Assembly (NCBI GenBank): GCA_002392285.1
Contig: DGGR01000043.1
Location: 1 to 12,981, forward strand
Length of the DNA: 12,981 bases
DNA from: Verrucomicrobia bacterium UBA3869
GTDB taxonomy: Bacteria; Verrucomicrobiota; Verrucomicrobiia; Opitutales; UBA9783
Direction of reading: 5' to 3'
The notes under the pieces are model-generated. The model saw nothing but the letters and a program-made list of their open reading frames with translations. It was not told where the DNA came from and did not search any database. The position numbers and the translations under genes were made by a program. This document shows, piece by piece, positions 6,776 to 12,981 of the stretch. Each line of letters opens with the position of its first letter. Within the stretch, counting starts at the first letter, position 1.

Positions 6776-6993
6776 AAATTTCTGATTTGACCGATGGGGA
6801 TACCGCAAAGGTTCTTTCGGTTAATCGAAAGGATGCGCTGGGAATACGCTTACTCGAACTAGGCTTTACCCCAGGGACACCTGTACGGCTCATTCGGTCT
6901 GCTTCCAAACGGGGTCCGATAGAGGTATTGATACGTGGATGCCGTTTAATGATTGGATTGTCGGAAGCGCAATCGATTGATATTCAAGCGTAG
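6754..6993 (+). CDS. feoA: Ferrous iron transport protein A
   Basis: 79-aa ORF immediately followed by feoB. It has the FeoA-type SH3-like pattern (LSDL..G....V..V......R.RLLELGF.PG..V.......GPI.V.IRG....I...EA..I.I). The true start may be the ATG at 6766 (MIKQISDL...). Confidence 0.85.
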   Translation: MVTKMIKQISDLTDGDTAKVLSVNRKDALGIRLLELGFTPGTPVRLIRSASKRGPIEVLIRGCRLMIGLSEAQSIDIQA

Positions 6994-8997
6994 GTGAATA
7001 GCCCATCCTACCAACGTACTATTTTTATTGTTGGTAATCCAAACGTTGGTAAAACGACACTTTTTAATGACCTAACGGGAGCCAATGAACCGGTATCAAA
7101 CTATAACGGTAGCACCCATGCGGCGAAATCTCGGTTAGTTTTTGACAATTTCGGGAAACAAAACCTCGTTTACGATTTACCCGGAGTATACGGGGCTTCT
7201 GCTTATCTGCAAGAAGAACAGCAGATTTTTAAACTGCTCTATCAATCGAATGAACACAATCGTATCCTATTGGTGGTTAATGCTCAGCAGTTGGAACGTA
7301 ATTTGTTTCTCGTTACCCAAATCCTAGAGCTAGGGATACCAACCTGCTTGGTGATTACGTTTTCAGAACACGCTTATAAACAAGGACATGCTTTATCCAT
7401 TGCTGTCTTGCAACAAGCGCTTAAGATACCAATCATCCCCTTGAGCGAAGCTCCTCAGTTGCGTAGACGCCAATTGCGGGACATCCTTACGCAAGACCAA
7501 TTTCAAACAAGCACTTTAGATTTTCGCTACGCCCCTAATATTCAGCGTTGTTGTGACACATTAGAAGCCAAAAGCGGGCTGTCGAAAGGTTGGTGTGAAT
7601 GCTTCTTGTTTCAAGACAGCCAACACTATGCGGAATTGATAGCCGACAAAGCCCCACTGTTTTTGCAGACCATTGATGAACTCAACCAAGCAGATCATCA
7701 CTGGAAAACGCGCATGATTGCCGCCCGTTATACCTGGATTGAACAATTGGTAACCCGTTGCATTCAACATATCCCCCAAGGTAAGCGCCATACCCTGATC
7801 CCTTGGGATCGATTGTTTTTGCATAAAGTGTGGGGGCCATTAGCCGGCGGTGTGATTTTTTTCGCAATGCTCTTTGCCGTCTTTTCCCTATCCGAATATC
7901 CCATGCGAGTCTGTGAATGGGGCATTCAATGGCTCCAACTATGGATCAATACCCACCTGCCGCACGGTTGGTTACAGGCTCTCATCAGCGAAGGAATTAT
8001 TGGTGGTGTCGGAAATGTTTTGTTGTTTTTACCGCAATTTGTGCTGATGGTTACCTGCATGAACATTCTAGAAAATACGGGTTATTTGGCTCGAATTACC
8101 TTTCTGTTGGATCGCCTGATGAAAAAGATTGGACTTTCAGGTTCCTCATTCATTGCCCTCATCTCCTGCTACGCATGCACCATCCCGGGATTATTACAAA
8201 CGCGTTGCCTGCCAAACCGTGAAGAACGCCTAACCACTCTGTTTGTAGCACCCTGGGTCAATTGCGCTAGCCGCATCCCTATTTATCTCCTGCTCCTATC
8301 GCTTTTATTCGATGACCTGGCCACCTGGGCAAAGGTTCTCATCTTAATCAGTATCTACCTAACTGGATTGTTAGCCGCGCTTATGCTGGCTGCCATCATC
8401 CGCAAATATATCCTCAAAACCCGCCATTTTGCTCAAATCAATGAAATGCCTCCGTTGCTCTATCCACAATGGAATTACATCCTTAAGGTCATCAAAGCAC
8501 AAACCTGGTTCTTTCTTAAAAAATCAGGCACAGTGGTACTGGGGTTCAGCATTGTTCTATGGTGCTGCCTGCATACCAACTTCACCTTAGCTTCAGGGAA
8601 AACCATTAATTGCGTCCATTGGTTGGCCGATAAGCTAGAGCTCATCTTTAAACCGATAGGATTCGACGGCAATATCAGCCTCAGCCTGTTAAGCGCATTT
8701 GGAGCAAGAGAAAACTTTATATCCACCCTGGGGGTTTTGTACAATGTGGACGCTAAACAACCTGGTACCCTGCGTACCTTCCTCCAGCAAGCGGTTGATG
8801 CTCAAGGAAACCCCATTTATTCACTAGCCACTTGCGTATCGCTTATTTTGTTCTTCATGTTCTCCCTGCAGTGCATCGGAACATTTATTTCCATTAAACA
8901 TGAAACCTATTCGTGGCGCAAAACGCTTTTGCAATTTGCCTTTATGAACGCATTCACCTATGGGCTATGCTTCACAGTTTATCATGTATTGGCTTAA
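6994..8997 (+). CDS. feoB: Ferrous iron transporter FeoB (N-terminal G domain plus membrane permease)
   Basis: 667-aa ORF with a GTG start abutting the feoA stop. G1 is GNPNVGKT and G3 is DLPG. It shares NLERNL..T.Q.LELGIP with E. coli FeoB. The polytopic membrane domain carries gate-type motifs (GGVGNVLLFLPQ, LENTGYLARITFLLDRLMKKIGLSG). The G4 motif is non-canonical (see findings). Confidence 0.95.
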   Translation: MNSPSYQRTIFIVGNPNVGKTTLFNDLTGANEPVSNYNGSTHAAKSRLVFDNFGKQNLVYDLPGVYGASAYLQEEQQIFKLLYQSNEHNRILLVVNAQQLERNLFLVTQILELGIPTCLVITFSEHAYKQGHALSIAVLQQALKIPIIPLSEAPQLRRRQLRDILTQDQFQTSTLDFRYAPNIQRCCDTLEAKSGLSKGWCECFLFQDSQHYAELIADKAPLFLQTIDELNQADHHWKTRMIAARYTWIEQLVTRCIQHIPQGKRHTLIPWDRLFLHKVWGPLAGGVIFFAMLFAVFSLSEYPMRVCEWGIQWLQLWINTHLPHGWLQALISEGIIGGVGNVLLFLPQFVLMVTCMNILENTGYLARITFLLDRLMKKIGLSGSSFIALISCYACTIPGLLQTRCLPNREERLTTLFVAPWVNCASRIPIYLLLLSLLFDDLATWAKVLILISIYLTGLLAALMLAAIIRKYILKTRHFAQINEMPPLLYPQWNYILKVIKAQTWFFLKKSGTVVLGFSIVLWCCLHTNFTLASGKTINCVHWLADKLELIFKPIGFDGNISLSLLSAFGARENFISTLGVLYNVDAKQPGTLRTFLQQAVDAQGNPIYSLATCVSLILFFMFSLQCIGTFISIKHETYSWRKTLLQFAFMNAFTYGLCFTVYHVLA

Positions 8998-10754
8998 TTG
9001 CTTTTAGGCTGAGAACCGCCAATCAGCTGTTTCGATACTAATTGTTGATAACGGAAGTTGGTCTTAAGCAGCTCCTCATGTGTTCCTTTCCCTACCAAAC
9101 TACCTTTTTCGAATACCCAAATACAATCGGCCTGTTGAATCGTACTGATACGGTGTGCAATCGCAATAACCGTCTTCTGTTTACGGATCGTGTCTAGGCT
9201 CTTTTTGATCAACGCTTCGCTTTCAGAATCCAACGCAGAAGTCGCTTCATCCAAAATCAAAATAGGAGCTCGCTTTAAAAACGCACGCGCAATCGCTAAG
9301 CGCTGCCGTTGCCCACCTGAAAAACGATTGCCGTTCTCACCAATCCTACTATCGTATCCACCAGCTTCACAAATGAAATCATGCGCATAAGCCATCTTAG
9401 CAGCTTCAATAATCTCCTCACGCGTTGCATTGGGACTACCCAAGCGTAGATTTTCTAAAAATGTATCGTTAAACAAAATAGTCGATTGCGAAACAATCGA
9501 AATTTGCTGCCTTAGGTGCTTTAAATCCCATTGGCGGATATCCACCCCATCCATTAAAATAGCCCCATCGGTCACATCATACAAGCGGGTAATCAGCTTA
9601 ATGAGCGTTGTTTTTCCAGCCCCGCTGGGACCCACTAAAGCATAAAACTTGTGCTTTTCCATGATCCCATCCACTTGATGAATAACCGAAGGAGTTTTGT
9701 TCGAATACCTAAACGAAACAGCTTGGAAGGTGATACTTCCGGAACATGCTCCAAGGTAAGGGTTTGCAGGCGATTGAATCGTGGGTACCTGCCGCAAAAT
9801 CTCCCCAATCCGTTCGATCGAACCGGTTACGCCTTGCAAGGACCCAAACAAAGTATTAAGCCGTTTAATAGGGTCAAATGCTAAGTATAAAGCCATACCC
9901 ATAGCACTAAAGACAGAAAATGGCACTTTTGCGCAATAAGCATAGGTAAACACAACCGCAATGATGATTGCCGATACCACCTCCATAATTGGTTGCTGCA
10001 GCTTTTGCCAAGCGACAACCAAGTTGGTTGCTAGTGCTGCAGCTTCAATGGTTTCCTGCATTTTCAACTTTACCCGCTCGGCTAAATTGAACAACCGAAC
10101 TTCTTGAACCGCATTCAAATTTTCAGACACTTGAGCTGTTAACGCGCCTTCGGTGCACTGCTGAATACGGCTGTATTTTTTAACGCGTGACCGTAACAGA
10201 CGCACCGGTAAAAAGCAAAAGGGGATAGAAACACAAAACACTAAAAACAAAGCAACGCTACTGTTTTTGATGGACAGATAAATCAAGCTCCCAAAAGCCG
10301 CCAACATTTGTAAGGGCTGCTTAATCCCTTCCGAAATCCATTCGAGCAAAATATCCTGAATTTTTTTAGGATCCGCTATCACCCGATGCACCAAATCCCC
10401 TGTTGTATTACGATCAAAAAAACTTAACTGTAACATCTGTAGTTTTTCGATTAAATCCGTTCTTAAATGGCTTAGAACGTATAAACCGCAGCGGTTCATC
10501 AACACCACATTGAGATAGCCGGAAATTCCCCGTAAGGCAAACCCCAACGGAATTAAAACCGCCATGCCGATAATTTCGGCATACGAATAAACAGTCGAAG
10601 ATTCAAAGATCCGACGAAATACCTTTTCGAATATCAACGGCAATCCAAGCCCGCTGGTTAATCCATAGATACATCCACACACAAATGCCCATAAAAATAA
10701 CCATTTTTTATGGAAAACATAACATTTGCAGGTATTCCATAGCAAGCGATGCAT
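8994..10754 (-). CDS. ABC exporter, fused permease/ATPase, MsbA-like (candidate lipid A/lipid flippase)
   Basis: 586-aa ORF with a six-helix type I exporter TMD followed by an NBD. The NBD has Walker A GPSGAGKTT, signature FSGGQRQRLAIARA, Walker B ILILDEATSALD and H-loop AIAHRIS. The architecture and length match MsbA, but substrate cannot be assigned from sequence, so I give no symbol. Confidence 0.85.
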   Translation of the reverse strand: MHRLLWNTCKCYVFHKKWLFLWAFVCGCIYGLTSGLGLPLIFEKVFRRIFESSTVYSYAEIIGMAVLIPLGFALRGISGYLNVVLMNRCGLYVLSHLRTDLIEKLQMLQLSFFDRNTTGDLVHRVIADPKKIQDILLEWISEGIKQPLQMLAAFGSLIYLSIKNSSVALFLVFCVSIPFCFLPVRLLRSRVKKYSRIQQCTEGALTAQVSENLNAVQEVRLFNLAERVKLKMQETIEAAALATNLVVAWQKLQQPIMEVVSAIIIAVVFTYAYCAKVPFSVFSAMGMALYLAFDPIKRLNTLFGSLQGVTGSIERIGEILRQVPTIQSPANPYLGACSGSITFQAVSFRYSNKTPSVIHQVDGIMEKHKFYALVGPSGAGKTTLIKLITRLYDVTDGAILMDGVDIRQWDLKHLRQQISIVSQSTILFNDTFLENLRLGSPNATREEIIEAAKMAYAHDFICEAGGYDSRIGENGNRFSGGQRQRLAIARAFLKRAPILILDEATSALDSESEALIKKSLDTIRKQKTVIAIAHRISTIQQADCIWVFEKGSLVGKGTHEELLKTNFRYQQLVSKQLIGGSQPKSN

Positions 10755-10821
10755 GCTTGTTTACTATACAATTTTAGCCCGAACAACAAGCTGTATTTTT
10801 TGTAATATTAAACCTTTGATC

Positions 10822-10850
10822 TTGATTAGTCCTAATAAAATCTGTAAAAT
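10822..10850 (+). promoter_or_regulatory. Candidate sigma70-type promoter of the HTH gene
   Basis: TTGATT at 10822-10827, a 17-nt spacer, then TAAAAT at 10845-10850, about 30 nt upstream of the ATG at 10881. Pattern match only, in an AT-rich intergenic region where such matches occur by chance. Confidence 0.35.
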
Positions 10851-10866
10851 TCAGCGATTTCGCTGA
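10851..10866. promoter_or_regulatory. Perfect 16-bp palindrome TCAGCGA-TT-TCGCTGA (candidate operator or 5'-UTR hairpin)
   Basis: The 7-nt arms are exact reverse complements with a 2-nt centre. It lies directly after the candidate -10 hexamer and 4 nt before the SD (AAGGA 10871-10875) of the HTH gene. Confidence 0.4.
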
Positions 10867-10880
10867 TTGAAAGGAATTAA

Positions 10881-11204
10881 ATGATGCACAAACAAATGGA
10901 TTTGAATTACGCGTTTTTTGAACAATTATTACCCGATCAAAAAAAATGGTATACTGTCAAAGAAGCTGCAGCTATCTTAGGTCGCAGTAATCAATATATT
11001 CGCGATTGCTTTGATAATCAAAAAATTTTGGGGCATGTTTGGAATGGAAAGGCAACCAAAGGCCAAGAACAACGCCATTCCTACCATATCCCTCGCAGTA
11101 GCATGATTTTGTTTTTAATGGAAACCGCTAATTACACAGCAAATGATTTCCTAACGCGCGTAAAGCATGCTGAACAAACCGTTCGAAGCGAATGGAATTC
11201 GTAA
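10881..11204 (+). CDS. Small DNA-binding protein with excisionase/MerR-type helix-turn-helix
   Basis: 107-aa ORF with a good SD (AAGGA, 5-nt spacing). WYTVKEAAAILGRSNQYIRDCF...YHIPRSSMILFL fits the excisionase-family HTH pattern (YT.kEaA..Lg.s...i........l......g......rIp.s.l..fl). A roughly 13-aa insertion sits in the wing region. Confidence 0.6.
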   Translation: MMHKQMDLNYAFFEQLLPDQKKWYTVKEAAAILGRSNQYIRDCFDNQKILGHVWNGKATKGQEQRHSYHIPRSSMILFLMETANYTANDFLTRVKHAEQTVRSEWNS

Positions 11205-11208
11205 ACGG

Positions 11209-12711
11209 TTATTCACGGTCAAAACAACGGTATTGTAGGGCTTCCTCCAGGTGTTGCCTTAAAACGCCTGGAGAATTGGCTAAATCTGCAATCGTACGAC
11301 CCAACTTAAGTACCTTATGGTAAGCCCGTACCGATAGATGCAATTGCTCACAGGCACTTTGCAAAAAGCGCAAATCTTCCGGCGAACATAAACACGATTG
11401 TTCTATGCCATCGGCCGATAGATACGCGTTATAAAACCCTGAGCGTTGTATTTGCAAGGTACGGGCTGCCGTAATCCGTTTTCGAACCGCTAAGGAGGGT
11501 TCTTCTGCCGCCTGACGAGCACGCAGAGCTGAAAAATCAACCGGATGGACCTCGATCTGCATATCAAATCGATCCATCAACGGACCACTGATGCGCGCGC
11601 GGTAATTCCGAATCTGATTCTGTGAACATTTACAGGTTCGTTGGCGATTGCCAAAGTACCCGCAGGGGCATGGATTCATCGCCGCAATGCACAAGGTACG
11701 ACAGGGAAACGTCAATTTTCCATTGGACCGAACAATCGTAACGATGCCGTTTTCCAATGGTTGTCGCAACATATCTAATACCGAACGCTTAAATTCCGGC
11801 AGTTCATCTAAAAACAAAACTCCATTATGCGCTAATGAAATCTCTCCCGGTTTAGGAATGCTTCCACCACCAATCAATCCAGCATCGCTCACATTATGAT
11901 GGGGAGCACGGAAGGGTCGCCGTTTTGCAAGCGTATCGCTCACTAATCCACAGGCCGATTGAATCTTTAAAATATCCAACCACTCTTCATGCGTAGGCGG
12001 AGGCAACAGATCTGGAATGCATTTAGCAATCATGGACTTTCCACACCCTGGTGGCCCCATCAATAAAATATTGTGGTTGCCCGCAACCGCAATTTCAATC
12101 GCTCGCTTTAAAATACACTGCCCCCGAATTTCTTGTAAATCATGTTCAATGGGCGCATCCTCTTGCAGGTTATGTTGAGACAATGGCTGACAGACCTTTT
12201 TGCCACTCAAAAACTCAACACAATCCTTTAGGTGTTCCATTCCATAAACATCGATCCCTTCGACAAACGTAGCTGCTGCTGCACAAGCCATTGGAAGCAT
12301 CACCCCACGCTTACCCAATTTCCTCGCCAACAAAGCTAAATTAAACGCACCAGGAACCGCACGCAACTTACCCGACAAACCCAGTTCGCCAGCTATAATA
12401 AATTCAGAAGCACGCGCTAAGCTTGTTTGTTGCGTTGCCTCAATCACCGCTAAGGCTATCGGTAGGTCATACATAGGCCCCTCTTTACGCACATCACCCG
12501 GCGCTAAATTAATCGTAATACGGGATAGCGGCAGGGAAAAACCACAGTTGCCCAAGGCAGAATACACACGGTTTTGAGACTCTTTAACAGCCGCATCGGG
12601 CAGCCCTACCATCACCCATTTTAGCTCCCCCCGCTCTCCTGTATTAACCTCAATTTGAATCGGTAAAGCCTCTACTCCTTGCAAACAACCGGATTCAATT
12701 CCCGATAACAT
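11209..12711 (-). CDS. comM: YifB/ComM-family Mg-chelatase-like AAA+ ATPase
   Basis: 500-aa ORF. The N-terminal Lon-protease-like ChlI domain includes ITINLAPGDVRKEGPMYDLPIALAV. The AAA+ core has Walker A GPPGCGKS and Walker B GVLFLDELPEF. A Cys cluster follows (CPCGYFGNRQRTCKCS), then a C-terminal helical domain. The gene is full length and uninterrupted. Confidence 0.92.
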   Translation of the reverse strand: MLSGIESGCLQGVEALPIQIEVNTGERGELKWVMVGLPDAAVKESQNRVYSALGNCGFSLPLSRITINLAPGDVRKEGPMYDLPIALAVIEATQQTSLARASEFIIAGELGLSGKLRAVPGAFNLALLARKLGKRGVMLPMACAAAATFVEGIDVYGMEHLKDCVEFLSGKKVCQPLSQHNLQEDAPIEHDLQEIRGQCILKRAIEIAVAGNHNILLMGPPGCGKSMIAKCIPDLLPPPTHEEWLDILKIQSACGLVSDTLAKRRPFRAPHHNVSDAGLIGGGSIPKPGEISLAHNGVLFLDELPEFKRSVLDMLRQPLENGIVTIVRSNGKLTFPCRTLCIAAMNPCPCGYFGNRQRTCKCSQNQIRNYRARISGPLMDRFDMQIEVHPVDFSALRARQAAEEPSLAVRKRITAARTLQIQRSGFYNAYLSADGIEQSCLCSPEDLRFLQSACEQLHLSVRAYHKVLKLGRTIADLANSPGVLRQHLEEALQYRCFDRE

Positions 12712-12796
12712 ATAACTTTAATCATTGTTAATGCACCCCAAAAGTCACGAATAAAAAAATATTGCATTTCCTTATCAAATCGATCCAATAATAATC

Positions 12797-12981
12797 ATGG
12801 CAAAACTATTTGAATATATCTGGACGGATGCCGACCAAAAAGATTGGTGGGAATCAGCATTTAGAGTGAATCTTCCAGGTCATGCTACCTCGCATTACTA
12901 CCATATCAAGATTGCGAAAACCCTTAAACGAAAGCTTCCATTGAAAGGGAAATTTTTGGAATATGGCTGTGGGACAGGGGA
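12797..12981 (+). CDS. Class I SAM-dependent methyltransferase, 5' partial (runs off the window)
   Basis: An open frame from ATG 12797 to the window end: MAKLFEYIWTDADQKDWWESAFRVNLPGHATSHYYHIKIAKTLKRKLPLKGKFLEYGCGTG. It ends in the canonical motif I (E/D-x-G-C-G-x-G). It was not in the ORF track because it is truncated. Confidence 0.55.
   Translation, partial: MAKLFEYIWTDADQKDWWESAFRVNLPGHATSHYYHIKIAKTLKRKLPLKGKFLEYGCGTG

Noticed and set aside
6705-6790. Fur box upstream of or overlapping feoA.
   Set aside because: The best candidate (GATGATTAAGCAAATTTC around 6765-6782) matches the GATAATGATAATCATTATC consensus only partially. That is not enough to call by eye.
3874-6908. Nested or antisense ORFs 3874..4071 (+), 5834..6094 (+), 5867..6049 (-), 6241..6450 (-) and 6714..6908 (-).
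   Set aside because: They overlap the sulfatase-like gene, waaA or feoA in alternative frames or on the opposite strand. They have no motifs and no translation signals, so they are most simply frame shadows of the real genes.
7142-9884. Nested or antisense ORFs within feoB (7142..7327, 7561..7824, 7682..7867, 7917..8222, 8475..8744) and opposite the ABC exporter (9190..9390, 9430..9645, 9651..9884).
   Set aside because: All are fully contained in long, well-supported genes, and their translated products look like off-frame noise.
10755-10791. Possible leaderless or near-leaderless start for the ABC exporter: a minus-strand TATAGT (10768-10763) lies only 8 nt from the ATG, with no SD.
   Set aside because: The -35 region is poor (TTGTTG at 15-nt spacing, or GCTTGT at 17 nt), and AT-rich intergenic DNA gives many -10-like hexamers. 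This needs 5'-end mapping and is not supportable from sequence alone.
11648-12272. Plus-strand ORFs 11648..11899 and 12051..12272, opposite comM.
   Set aside because: They are antisense shadows of a 500-aa gene with clear AAA+ motifs and have no independent support.
11209-12711. comM as a genomic-island integration hotspot, as in Acinetobacter resistance islands.
   Set aside because: The gene is intact at 500 aa, with continuous motifs from the N-terminal ChlI domain to the C-terminal domain. It has no interruption, no flanking direct repeats and no transposition genes.
1-12981. I looked for CRISPR arrays, tandem repeats, IS elements, toxin-antitoxin pairs and defence-system gene pairs.
   Set aside because: I saw no spaced direct repeats, no transposase, integrase or recombinase signatures, and no small adjacent gene pairs of TA type. 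Every long ORF is explained by a housekeeping or envelope family.

Overview
This is a compact, gene-dense bacterial chromosomal segment, GC roughly 40-45% by eye. It holds 16 protein-coding ORFs (two of them fragments of one gene, one truncated by the window end), one small unlisted ORF and one tRNA. I found no rRNA, CRISPR array, transposase or integrase. Left to right: an ExoD-like membrane protein, an FkbM-family methyltransferase, a ComF-type PRTase protein, accD, tRNA-Gly(UCC), and rpmJ-rpmE (both of the Cys-poor, zinc-independent type). Then come a membrane-anchored sulfatase/alkaline-phosphatase-superfamily enzyme split by a frameshift, waaA (Kdo transferase), a tiny TM ORF, feoA-feoB, and an MsbA-like ABC exporter (minus strand). 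The window ends with a small excisionase-type HTH protein, comM/yifB (minus strand) and the 5' end of a SAM-dependent methyltransferase. waaA plus the MsbA-like exporter imply a diderm organism. The proteins are very divergent from the enterobacterial orthologues I can recall, and I cannot place the taxon from sequence alone. I do not see a convincing novel multi-gene system; the window reads as housekeeping and envelope genes. The observations most worth a second look are: (1) a G10 homopolymer inside the low-GC FkbM methyltransferase gene, a candidate phase-variation switch; (2) AccD lacking 3 of the 4 zinc-ribbon cysteines, next to a tandem of Cys-poor L36 and L31; (3) a frameshifted sulfatase-like envelope enzyme beside waaA; (4) FeoB with a degenerate G4 (NxxD) motif; (5) a perfect 16-bp palindrome at the predicted promoter of the small HTH gene. 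All family calls come from motif recognition by eye, not from database searches.
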